A stretch of DNA of 64,000 nt from a virus. Taxonomy: Duplodnaviria; Caudoviricetes. Every line of letters starts with the position of its first letter. Within the stretch, counting starts at the first letter, position 1. The DNA lies in the IMG/VR virus record IMGVR_UViG_3300049381_000011, positions 1 to 64,000 of that record; one strand, given 5' to 3'. The notes beneath the pieces were generated by a model. The model searched no databases. It was not told where the DNA came from and saw nothing but the letters and a program-made list of their open reading frames with translations. Position numbers and translations under genes: made by a program. Shown here one piece after another: positions 17,123 through 27,000 of this stretch.

Positions 17123-19720
17123 TCAGGCGATCGCTGCCGGCACCCCGGACGGCGTTTCGATCTTGGCCGTGGATTCGATCGTCACGGACGGACGCAGGAG
17201 CAGCGACACGAGCCCGACGAGGGACTCCGACTGCGACGCGGTCAGGACCCGGCTCTGGGTACCTTCACCGGCAGGCCCGGCGGAGTCGAACACGACACCG
17301 GTGATGTCCTGGCTGCCGCCGTTCGACGCGAGCTCAGCCCGTTTGATGTCGCCGCCGGCGTCGCTGGACCAGGTGGTCACCAGCCCGGTCGCGGCGTGCC
17401 GGGTTCCGGCGATCGTCAGGAGCCAGTCCCCGGCCGCCCCGGTCACCGCCGGCGTTGTGTGGGCGGTGCCGCTGTCACCGTCGTCGACCTGGTGGTCACT
17501 GACCGGTGTCAGCGCGTTCAGCCCGCGGTAGGTGCCCAGCCAGGCCCAGTTCTTGTACGCCGATGACAGGTTCCACGTGTACGACGCCGGCTCGCCCCCG
17601 GCGGCTTGTTTGCGGTACACGGCCACGCGTAGCCCGTTACCGTCGACGACCTGGTCGACGAGCGCCCACCCCGTCGGGACGACCGTGATCGTCGTTTCGG
17701 GGGTGCTGGTCTTCAGATGGCAGATGACGGCGATCATCTGATCGCCTGCCTCGGTCAAACCCGACCGGGGGACGACGATCGACGTCGTCGCACCGTTGAG
17801 CACCTCCCCGGAACCGATGTACTGCGCCTCCGTCGACGCCGGCGCTGCCGAGAACACATCCGTCTGCGTCAGCCGCTCGATGCCGTTGAGCGCGTCGTAG
17901 CCGACATACGTGACGGCGATCGACACCCCGTCGTCGACGACCGACACCCGGCCGTACTGGCTGCCCTGAACGTCCGCGCCCGTGTTGTACACCGCGGTGA
18001 ACGCGGTCAGATTCCGGCCGCCGCCGATGTTCCCGAACGGCGCCGCGCAGTACACCGCGAACGCGCCGTACGGGTTCGCCGCCGGCGTCGCCCTGCCCAG
18101 GCTGTGACTGTCGGAGTGCAGCACGATCGCGTTGATGTCGTTCGCCTGGATGTGATCGGCGATCAGCTGACGCTCGTAGGCGTACGACCACCATTTATCC
18201 TCGCCGTCGGACGTCGACGCCGCCCCGATCCACCCCGGATCCGTAGCGATGATCTTCAACGGTTCGGTTTGGTCAAGTTCGGCGAGCAGCCACGCCCGCT
18301 GGGTCGCGCCGAGCGCCGTTTTACCCGGCCCGTCCGTGCCGAGACCAGCCGTACGGGCCATGGACCGCACGTCGACGACGATGATCCGCACCCGGCCGAC
18401 AACGAACGAGTAGTACAGCGCCGATTTCGTACCGCCGACATCGCCGAGCGGCAGATGTGGGACGACCTGCTGGTAGGCGTTGATGCTGGCCTGGTTGGAG
18501 GCCACATTGGAGTCTGCGTTGTCGCCCGGGCCCGCGTCATGATCAGACCTCAGGTACAGGGTCGGGACCTCGCGCAGCAGCTCCGCGAGACCGGCCGCCC
18601 CAACGATCTGCGTCTGCCAATGACCGCGGTGTACCGACTCCAGCGTCGACGTCGGATCCCGGTAGTGAAAATCGCCGAGATGCAGCAGGAACAGGGGATT
18701 GAAGACCGTACGGATGTCGTCGAACGCCTCCCGACGCACCGAGTTGTTGAGTGTGCAACCACCGAACGCGAACGCAAACGACGCAGCGACCCCGGCCGTC
18801 GGGAGGGTCCAGCTACGGCCGACGGACCCGACCGGCTGGCTGACGTCCGCCAGCTGCCAGTAGTAGCGCACCGCCGGATCAAGGCCTGTCGCCGTCAGGT
18901 CGACATACCCGTTCCCGTCCGGGGCGACCGGCCCGAACGTGTCCACCACCGCGGTCATCGCCAGGTCGGTGGCCACGACGAGCTCCACCGACGAGCACGC
19001 CGCGGTGAGCGCCCGGACCCGGAATCCTTCGTCGGTCGGCGCACCCACCCAGGCGTGCGTGACCGTGCCCGGCACTGCTGCCGGACCGAACCAGGTGGTG
19101 CCCTCGATCGCCGCGTCGTCCATGTGGACGGATACGGCGAGGGACGCCGATCCGGGGACCCCGTACCGGAACTGGTCCGCGGCAGCGGTGAACACGACGG
19201 ACGAGAACGACATCGTCTCGGCGACGACCGTCGAGTCCATCGACGTGTAGATCCGCAGCACGATCGCGCCGACCGTCGTCGAGAAGTCGATGTCCCATTC
19301 CAGGCGTGCCCACGTCCCGGCAGCGATCGTGACGGTGGAGTTTCCCAGGGTCGTGTTCGCCGCGTTACGGATGTTGATCTGCCCGGTCGAGTTGATCGAG
19401 ATCCGGGCCGCCTGGTTGGCCCCTGACCGGTAGGAGAACAGGGCCCGCTCGACCGGCGGCAGCGTGTCCGGGTGGATGTACCAGCGCTGCACATCGGAGG
19501 TGACGCTCGCCAGGGTGTAGAAGGCGTACGCGGAGACGCTGCTGGCACCGGTCGCGCTGCGGCATGAGAGCGTCCCGTGCGCGGCGGCCGCGTTGGAGAA
19601 CTCGAGGATGCCACCGGAGCCGATGACGGTCCCGTCGATCGCGTTCCCGGAGATCCCGCCGGTGTTCAGATTGGTGAGGGTGACGCCGCTGGTGCCGCCC
19701 TCGAACGTGTTGGTCCGCAC
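17123..19720 (-). CDS. Tail-associated protein with central PhoD-like metallophosphoesterase domain
   Basis: LHLGDFHYRD, SDHDAG, YYSFVVGRVRIIVVDVRS, LGATQRAWL, HSDSHS motifs, flanked by beta-rich domains; lies after tail-tip genes. Confidence 0.75.
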   Translation of the reverse strand: MRTNTFEGGTSGVTLTNLNTGGISGNAIDGTVIGSGGILEFSNAAAAHGTLSCRSATGASSVSAYAFYTLASVTSDVQRWYIHPDTLPPVERALFSYRSGANQAARISINSTGQINIRNAANTTLGNSTVTIAAGTWARLEWDIDFSTTVGAIVLRIYTSMDSTVVAETMSFSSVVFTAAADQFRYGVPGSASLAVSVHMDDAAIEGTTWFGPAAVPGTVTHAWVGAPTDEGFRVRALTAACSSVELVVATDLAMTAVVDTFGPVAPDGNGYVDLTATGLDPAVRYYWQLADVSQPVGSVGRSWTLPTAGVAASFAFAFGGCTLNNSVRREAFDDIRTVFNPLFLLHLGDFHYRDPTSTLESVHRGHWQTQIVGAAGLAELLREVPTLYLRSDHDAGPGDNADSNVASNQASINAYQQVVPHLPLGDVGGTKSALYYSFVVGRVRIIVVDVRSMARTAGLGTDGPGKTALGATQRAWLLAELDQTEPLKIIATDPGWIGAASTSDGEDKWWSYAYERQLIADHIQANDINAIVLHSDSHSLGRATPAANPYGAFAVYCAAPFGNIGGGRNLTAFTAVYNTGADVQGSQYGRVSVVDDGVSIAVTYVGYDALNGIERLTQTDVFSAAPASTEAQYIGSGEVLNGATTSIVVPRSGLTEAGDQMIAVICHLKTSTPETTITVVPTGWALVDQVVDGNGLRVAVYRKQAAGGEPASYTWNLSSAYKNWAWLGTYRGLNALTPVSDHQVDDGDSGTAHTTPAVTGAAGDWLLTIAGTRHAATGLVTTWSSDAGGDIKRAELASNGGSQDITGVVFDSAGPAGEGTQSRVLTASQSESLVGLVSLLLRPSVTIESTAKIETPSGVPAAIA

Positions 19721-19746
19721 CGGTCACCCCTGTGTAGTTGTGAAGG

Positions 19747-20952
19747 TCAGTAGGCGAGGATCTGCACCGTCAGACCGGCGCCGGCTGGCGCCGACCCGAC
19801 CGCGTCGACGTCGACGCTCAGATAGGCGCCGTCAGGCCACGTCGTCACACCGGGTGTGACCTTCCCGGACGTGACCGCACCGGAGATGATCGTCGGTTTC
19901 GTGACTGGGCAGGCGGTGACGCCGTTCAGATTCACGTCGATGACGATCGACGCGCCACCAGGTGCTGTGACAACGCTCGCCCGGATCGACCGCAGCGTGA
20001 GCGCCTGACCGGTGTCGTTGTACCAGCGCGTTCCGCCGACACCCACCGCCAGCGTGCCCTGAACCCACAGCGTCGGACCGGAGTTGATGTTCGGGGCGCG
20101 GAGCCGGCCCAGAGCGTCGCAGAGCGCCAGGATCGCGAGACCGTTGTCCGTCCACTCCTGCAGGTTCGCGGTCTGCCCAGGCAGGCCCTTGACCCGGAAC
20201 GCCACCGAGTTGGGAGCTGCGGGCAGCGCCCGCAGCTCCCCCTTTTCGTTGGCGTACCCGGTCCGCTGCCCGGTCGCGGTCTGGAATCCCCAAATGTCGG
20301 CGATCTGGCCCGCCAGCGCGGTGACCATGCCGGCATGGTCGTCGACCGTCGTCGGTGAGAACCGCTTCTCGCCGGTGATGTTCTGGACGCCGGTCGTCTG
20401 GACGGTGCCGGCCAGGCCAGGTACATTCGCTGGTCGCCACAGGCCCTCGTCGCCGAGAGTTTCGTCGAAGACGAGCAGCTGCCCTTCGACAGCGGCTTCC
20501 GTCAGCGCTGTGTCGACGTTGGCGAGGTCCGCGACGGCCGTCTGGTGCGGATTCGACGTCTGGATATGTGTGAGCAGGTCCAGGACGAGGGTTTCGACGA
20601 CCGGGCCCAGTGCGGCGACGTCTGAGGTGACCATGAGGGAGCGGTTGCCGCCGTCCGCGGACGCCCACAGCAGCCACACCCCCTCAGGGCCGAAGACCTG
20701 CGGGATCGCGCCGAGCGGTAGCGTGCCGGTGCCGTCGGCTGTCATGACGTGGTCGACGACCGTGTCAGGGGCGCCCGGCATCCGCAGGTCGGTGTACTGA
20801 CTGCCGCCAGTTTGGGCGTTGAAGAACGTGACCGTGGCGTTCTGTGTCAGCTGCGCCATGTCGTCCGCGTTGTCGTCGTCGCCGACGATGTCCACGGAGT
20901 CGACCTCGGTCAGGATCAGGTCGGTGATGCCACCGCCGAATAGATGACGCAT
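19747..20952 (-). CDS. Minor tail / fibre protein
   Basis: MRHLFGG...TFFNAQTGGSQYTDL N-terminus typical of actinophage minor tail proteins; NPHQT motif. Confidence 0.7.
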   Translation of the reverse strand: MRHLFGGGITDLILTEVDSVDIVGDDDNADDMAQLTQNATVTFFNAQTGGSQYTDLRMPGAPDTVVDHVMTADGTGTLPLGAIPQVFGPEGVWLLWASADGGNRSLMVTSDVAALGPVVETLVLDLLTHIQTSNPHQTAVADLANVDTALTEAAVEGQLLVFDETLGDEGLWRPANVPGLAGTVQTTGVQNITGEKRFSPTTVDDHAGMVTALAGQIADIWGFQTATGQRTGYANEKGELRALPAAPNSVAFRVKGLPGQTANLQEWTDNGLAILALCDALGRLRAPNINSGPTLWVQGTLAVGVGGTRWYNDTGQALTLRSIRASVVTAPGGASIVIDVNLNGVTACPVTKPTIISGAVTSGKVTPGVTTWPDGAYLSVDVDAVGSAPAGAGLTVQILAY

Positions 20953-20953
20953 G

Positions 20954-21904
20954 TCAGATCACCGCCGGGAAGGTGAACGTGCCCAGCACTTCGGTGTTCG
21001 TCTGGACACCGAAGTGGATGGCGAGGGTGACGACACCGGTTGGTTTCACTGCGGCGAGCGCGACGTTGTACGTGTTCGGAGACCCGAACAGGTAGACGGG
21101 GAAGGCCAGTTCGACGCCTGGCCTGCATCCGGTCGCGATCTGACAGATGTCGGTGCCGGCAGTGGTCGCCGCCCCGGTCCGCTGCGCATGGAACTGCACG
21201 GTGACGTAGCCGTTCAGCCGGCTCACGACAGACGGGTCGGCGTTCCAGCCCGCCAGGTTCGTGACCCCGTCGAACCAGCCGCTGTCAGCTGTTTTCTCGA
21301 TCCACTTCGAGATGCCGTCGGACATGTACACCTTGCCGGTGTCCGTCTCGCAGACCTCTAAAAACTGTTGATGCGCAGGCTTTTGAGCGGCTTTGCACAG
21401 AATCCGGGTGGGTGCGATGTGCTGCGTCACCGACACGACCGCGCCGGCGTCGATGTGGGTGAACCCGGGGGGAGCGGTGACCTTCGCCATCGGCACCTCG
21501 AACACGCCGGTGCCTGCGCCGGCCAGGTCCAGATCCTGCGTCAACGTCGGCAGCACGGGGATCGCTGCGGCCACGCCGGTCTTGACGGCCGTCCGCAACC
21601 TCCAGTCGGACCTGGTGAGGCGCAGCACCACCAGGTCCAGCCGCGAGTTGGAGGTGGCGTTCGTCGCGATCGCCTTCGTGACATGCGTGTCACCGGCCGT
21701 CCACCCGAATCCGCGTAGTCCACCCGCGGCATTCGCGCGGATCTTGACGTGCGGTCCGGTCTCGTCACTGAACACGATCGGCGAATCGGCCGGCGAGCCA
21801 CGGAATCCGTTCGGCACAAGCGTCGACATCAGACGCTCGTACTCGACGTCGGTCACCTCGTCCGGGGGGACACTCGCCGGGTCTGGCCACGACTTTTCGG
21901 CCAT
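20954..21904 (-). CDS. Minor tail protein
   Basis: MAEKSWP...RLDLVVLRL...PTLTQD...FEVPMA; synteny. Confidence 0.7.
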   Translation of the reverse strand: MAEKSWPDPASVPPDEVTDVEYERLMSTLVPNGFRGSPADSPIVFSDETGPHVKIRANAAGGLRGFGWTAGDTHVTKAIATNATSNSRLDLVVLRLTRSDWRLRTAVKTGVAAAIPVLPTLTQDLDLAGAGTGVFEVPMAKVTAPPGFTHIDAGAVVSVTQHIAPTRILCKAAQKPAHQQFLEVCETDTGKVYMSDGISKWIEKTADSGWFDGVTNLAGWNADPSVVSRLNGYVTVQFHAQRTGAATTAGTDICQIATGCRPGVELAFPVYLFGSPNTYNVALAAVKPTGVVTLAIHFGVQTNTEVLGTFTFPAVI

Positions 21905-21905
21905 C

Positions 21906-23051
21906 TCAGGTCCTTTCGAGCAGAGCGATACGGCGGAGCAGGTCCGCGATCACGCGTACGGTGGCGGCATCGGACGTCGAGTCGATCGACCCGACCGATG
22001 GGGTGACCGTCTCGCCCTGGTCCGGCTGGGCTTTGAAACGGACCGAGCTGACGACGTCGGGGAGGATGAGCCCAGACGCGAGTTGTGTGGACACGCGTGC
22101 TCCGAGCGGGTAGTCGATGCCGTAACGGGCGTGAGCGCCGTCGATCGCGACAGCCGACAGGCCGGTCTTTTCGGCTTTCGCCGCCAGTTCGGTGTCGCCG
22201 TACTGCTGCAACCCGGTCGTGTCGCTGACACCGGACTGGTTGACGAACGTTTCGATACGTCCCCACGTCCCGGACGCCGCCGTGGACCGCTCGACAACGA
22301 TCCGGCCCGCGCCGGTCCCGGTCCCGCCGACGATCGCGACAGTTGCCTGCGGCCCTTCAGGGTTCGTCGTCATCGACCGCAGGTTCCCCAGCGCCCGCGA
22401 GAACACGACCTTTTTCGTCAGGTCAGGGCACTCGTAGACCTCGAACAGCAGCTGCCCGCCGGACTCCCGCACCCGGAAGCCGAGCCCGCCGCCGGCAACA
22501 GCGATCTGCCGCAGCACATCGGTCAGCGCCTGAAAACGGGTGGTGATGTTGATGTCCGTTCCGATGCTCGCGACCGAGCCGAGGATCAGGTGCGGAATCC
22601 GCCGGTTGAGCAGGGCGCCCGGGCCGGCGTTGAGGTTCACCAGGGCGCGCATCAGCAGCTCGGCGTTGACCGTGTCGGCGGTGTAGTAGTCGATGTCCTG
22701 CAGCGCCGCGATGAGTGCCGGATTCGGGTAGGTGAGCCGCCACGAGAGGTAGACGAGGTTGTCGGCCCAGCCGATGTCGACGAGGCCGCGGCCGGCGAGC
22801 TGGCGATCCGACGCCGACCACCGGTACGCGCCCGGTTTCTCGATCGGCCCGGACGACAGCGGCTCCCCGTGACGGGTGACGAGGACTCGGTTTCCGGGCT
22901 GGATCGCGTTGAGCAGCGCCCGGCTGGCCGGTGCGGTGAGCATGCCGCCGCCGACCTGGTTGTGCCGGATCACGCAGTCCAGCGACGTCCATGACCCGAT
23001 CGGATTCGTGATCGGTTTGAGGGCAGGGTCGGTGATCAGAATTCGATACAT
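21906..23051 (-). CDS. Tail-tip hub protein (ReqiPepy6 Gp37-like)
   Basis: GGTGTGAGR...WGRIETFV...YGIDYPLGARV; follows Dit. Confidence 0.75.
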   Translation of the reverse strand: MYRILITDPALKPITNPIGSWTSLDCVIRHNQVGGGMLTAPASRALLNAIQPGNRVLVTRHGEPLSSGPIEKPGAYRWSASDRQLAGRGLVDIGWADNLVYLSWRLTYPNPALIAALQDIDYYTADTVNAELLMRALVNLNAGPGALLNRRIPHLILGSVASIGTDINITTRFQALTDVLRQIAVAGGGLGFRVRESGGQLLFEVYECPDLTKKVVFSRALGNLRSMTTNPEGPQATVAIVGGTGTGAGRIVVERSTAASGTWGRIETFVNQSGVSDTTGLQQYGDTELAAKAEKTGLSAVAIDGAHARYGIDYPLGARVSTQLASGLILPDVVSSVRFKAQPDQGETVTPSVGSIDSTSDAATVRVIADLLRRIALLERT

Positions 23052-23056
23052 CGCAC

Positions 23057-24001
23057 CTAGGCCATCTCGTGGAGGATGTCGAATTCGCCCTCGATGAGCG
23101 TCCCCGCACCGGACCCGTCGAATACGAAACTGATCTGGTTGACGCCCTGGTCGAGCGGCCACAGCTCGCTGTTCCCGGACCAGTTGATCGCTTCAGGCCA
23201 CGGCGTTCCGTCCGGGCCGGTGACTGTTTCCGGATTGGTCGTGATCGTCACGACTTCCCCGACGCCGAGGGGGGCGCCCTGCGAGCCGAGGACGTCGAGG
23301 GTCCACGACTGGTCGAGGGTCAGCGACGTCGCGACGAGGGAGTCGAACGGTCCGGTGACCCGCCACGACGGCCACGCCGGCACGTCGCCCGGGTTGAACG
23401 CCGTCGTTGCGCCGGTCTTCTGCGACGACGAGATCCGCAGGAACGGCGACAGGAACGAGCCGCCGGCGTCGGCGAACACGCCACGTTGGATCGGCTGCGG
23501 TGTCGGGCTGCGCCAGTACGCCTGCGGGCACAGCAGCGTCAACGCCATCAGGTCGTTGCGCCGACCCAGGAGCGGGTCGCCTTCGTAGCCGTCCTGGTAG
23601 ACGGCGTCGATCATTCTCGACGTCCCATCCGGACGCAGGATGATCAACTGGCCTGGGCCTCGGTACTTCGTCATCGTGAACGCGCCACCCAGCGCCCGGA
23701 ACCGGTCCGTGAACTGGGTGTGGTTGGCACCCTCCACGAACAGCGGCAGTGTCATCTGCCGTGGTGGCGTCCACGCCGAGTCGATGCTGATCCCGCCGCG
23801 GTCCTTCTCGCTGACCGTGTACGACACCGGCGCCGCGCCCAGGCCGCGGACGCCGACGGTCGCGAACCAGCCGAGGTTCCGATCGCTGAGATTCCACACA
23901 CCACCCAGAGGGTCGATCCAGGTGATGCGTGGAATGTCAGCTGGTTGCGGTGGTGCCGGAGGCGGAGGCGGGGTGTAGCTCCTCCCGCGTACGAGCGGCA
24001 T
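23057..24001 (-). CDS. Distal tail protein (Dit)
   Basis: NPGDVPAWPSWRVTGP, LWPLDQGVNQI; directly after tape measure. Confidence 0.75.
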   Translation of the reverse strand: MPLVRGRSYTPPPPPAPPQPADIPRITWIDPLGGVWNLSDRNLGWFATVGVRGLGAAPVSYTVSEKDRGGISIDSAWTPPRQMTLPLFVEGANHTQFTDRFRALGGAFTMTKYRGPGQLIILRPDGTSRMIDAVYQDGYEGDPLLGRRNDLMALTLLCPQAYWRSPTPQPIQRGVFADAGGSFLSPFLRISSSQKTGATTAFNPGDVPAWPSWRVTGPFDSLVATSLTLDQSWTLDVLGSQGAPLGVGEVVTITTNPETVTGPDGTPWPEAINWSGNSELWPLDQGVNQISFVFDGSGAGTLIEGEFDILHEMA

Positions 24002-27000
24002 TAGCTGGTCCTCCCCGTCCGGGTGAACTGCAGCGCCTCGTTGCGGTACTGCAGGGACTGCATGTCCTCCAGGCCAAAGTTCGTTTTGGCCGGATACACC
24101 TGGTAGTACGTGTTGTAGTTCGCCGGTTCGCTGCTACGGCCGTCGATGAGCGCATCCCACTGCGCCCCCGTCAGGACCGGCTCAGGGCGACCGGTCGCGT
24201 TGTGGGCGATGGTGATTCCGGGCATCAGGTAGCCGCCCGTGTCGTAGGTGCCGACGTTCGCGAACGACGCCACATCGGTGGCTTTCGGGCCGACGACGAC
24301 CCCATCCCCGCCCCGCGACTCGAACTTCAGCCCGACGAGATTCCCGGCGGTGTGACCGACGGACCCGCCACCCCGCTGCCCAGGCCCAGCCCAACCGGCC
24401 GTGAACGCGCCGCGACCAGGCTTCGGGAAGTAGGCCGCCTCGTTCGCCGTGGAGAACGTGTGGTTGTGCGGCTGACGGCCGTGCGTGAGGTTCCATGCCG
24501 CCGACACCAGACCGGAGCAGTCGTAGCCCGCCGGGCCCGCTTCCGCCCACGCGTACGGCTTCCCGGCCTGCGCCCGGATGAAGTCCTGCACCGCGGCGAC
24601 ATCACCGCTCACCGGCCCGGCGTACTCACCGGTGAACACGTTCTCGATCTTGTCTTTGATCCAGGTCAGCGTCCCGCCGAGGACCTTGTCGCCGACCGCC
24701 CGCAGGATGTCGCGCGCCATCCCGACACCGGGAACCTGAGCTATCAGGCCGTTGACCTTGTCGCGGACGTAGCCGATCGGATCGGACAGCCCGTTCCAAA
24801 GGCTGGCCAGCCCGCCGACGAACCCGCCGTCGGCGAACCCGGGCAGGGCGATGCCCTGCGACGTGTCCCCAGGCCGTGACCCGGCCCGGCCGATGAGCTG
24901 GTCGAAGAAGTCGACGCCGAGCGATGACACCACCGCGGCGGGGATGACGTACTCCCCGTTGCTCAGCCGGGCGAGGATCGAGTCCGAGGTGCCTGAGCCC
25001 GGACCGGCGATGTAGCCACCGGTCGCGAAACCTGCTGGTAGCGGAATCTGGACGTTGTCCGGCTTGACCCCGAACATCGAAGCGATCTTGTTATATGCAG
25101 CCAGCAAGCCCGCATTCAAAACCGTCTCTATTACGAACTTAATAGGCTTTTTCGCAGCGTCCTGAATGGACGACCAGGCCGCAGAAACGGCGTCGACGCC
25201 GCGTCGGAAGGCGGGCGCGACGTGCTGTTCGATGATGTTTCCGAACGCGGTGAAGATCGGCTTCACGAACTCCCACACCGTGTTGATCACAGCGCGGATG
25301 CCGTCAAACGCCGGCTTGATCACGTGCTCGTACAGCCAGGAGAAAATCCCGGCGACGATCTTCACTCCGATCTGGATCAGACCGAAGACGACCTGGATGA
25401 CGGCCCAGGCGACCGAGATGGCCAGCTGGATTCCCTGCCAAGCCGGTTCGATCACGTTGTGCCACAGGAACAACACGACCGGAATCAGAACGTTTTCGAT
25501 CATGAAGCCGATCGCGGCGAGGATCGGCTGCAGAACCGCCCACGCGAACTCGACCGACGCCTGGATCCCCGCAAACGCGGGCACGATCACGTTCTGCCAG
25601 AACGACACGACGATCGGCGCCAGAACATCGAAAACGATCTTCATGCCGAGGAGTGCCGGCTGGATCACGTTGACCCAGGTCCACATGATGAACGCGCCGA
25701 TCGCCGTGAACGTCGGCCGCAGCACCGTCTCCCACAGCCAGACCGCTGCCGTGGCGATCGCGGAGAACACCGCGTCGACGACGGTCCGGAAGATCTCGAA
25801 GTGCTTGTAGGCGTACACGACCGCGGCCGCGACAGCGATGATCCCGACGATGATCGCCGTGATCGGGCCGCCGACCGCGACAACGATGACAGCGACGAGC
25901 GCACCCACCGCAGCGACGAGCGCGATCAGCTCGCCCGGTGACAGCGACGCCAGCCATTCCGCCGTAGCGATCGCCACGTCGAGGACGACCGACGCCAGCG
26001 GCGCCAGGCCTTCACCGAGGCGGATGACCAGGTCGAACAGGGCACCGAGAAGTTCCAGCACCTTCGGACCCTCAGCCCGGACGTAGGCGAGGAACGACTC
26101 GAACCCTGCCGACCCTGCCAGCGACTTGGCCCACTCCGCGAACCCTGCAGCCAGATCGGCGAGACCGGCGATCATCTGGTCCGAGAACGGCAGGAACGCC
26201 AGGAACAGCGCCCCGAACCCCTCCGCCGTCGACCCGAGAATCGACCCGAGGCTGTCGAGCAGCGGACCGGCGTACTGGCCCAGCATGTCGAAGAAGTTGA
26301 TCCAGAACGGTGATGCGAGCGCCTGCCCCGCCTTGAGGAACAGTTCCCCCATCACTGTCGCGAGGATCGACGTGAATTTGATGACCTGCGGCATGACCGG
26401 CAGGAACGCCTCAATACCTGCCTGGACACCTGGCAGCAGCCCCTGCTCGGCGGCCTGCCGCAGCTCCACAAAGATCGGCTTCAGGGCGAGGAGGAACGTG
26501 ACGAACGCCCGCCCTGCAGGGCTCAGCCCGGCCATCGCGTCCGCGGCCGCTTTCGCCGCCGCACCGCCCGCCGAGCCGGCGGACTCGTACGCCTGCGCGA
26601 GGGAACGCTGCGCCTGCGCCACCGACTGGGTGGCACGCACGACAGCCTCGTTCGCCGCCTCGATCCGTTCCTGCGCCGAGACGACCTGCGTCGACCCTTC
26701 GATCCCGGCCGCCTGAACCTTGGCGTGCTCGTCGACGAGCCTGCTGTTACGCAGCTTTACGTCGTCGAGCTGCGCCTCAGCCTGGTCCAGGGCCAGCTGG
26801 GCGCGCTGCCGTTCGGCGTTCGTTGACTGCGGGTTGTTCATCACCTCGTCGAGGCGTTGCCGGGCGTCGGCCAGGTCCAGGAGCGCGGCCCGCTGGTCGA
26901 GCGCCCCGTCACGGACCGCAGAGTTGAGATCCTGCATCGCACGTAGGGCGTCTTCACGCGCCTGCGTGAGGCTCTCCTGCTCCCGCCGTGCCGCTTTCTG

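Noticed and set aside
17717-22994. Long + strand ORFs (e.g. 17717-19426, 21393-22994) and many similar ones across the window
   Set aside because: Antisense shadows of real GC-rich genes; Arg/Pro-rich, no motifs or SD.
25200-25900. Periodic Trp/Phe repeats in the tape measure gene
   Set aside because: Ordinary tape-measure periodicity.
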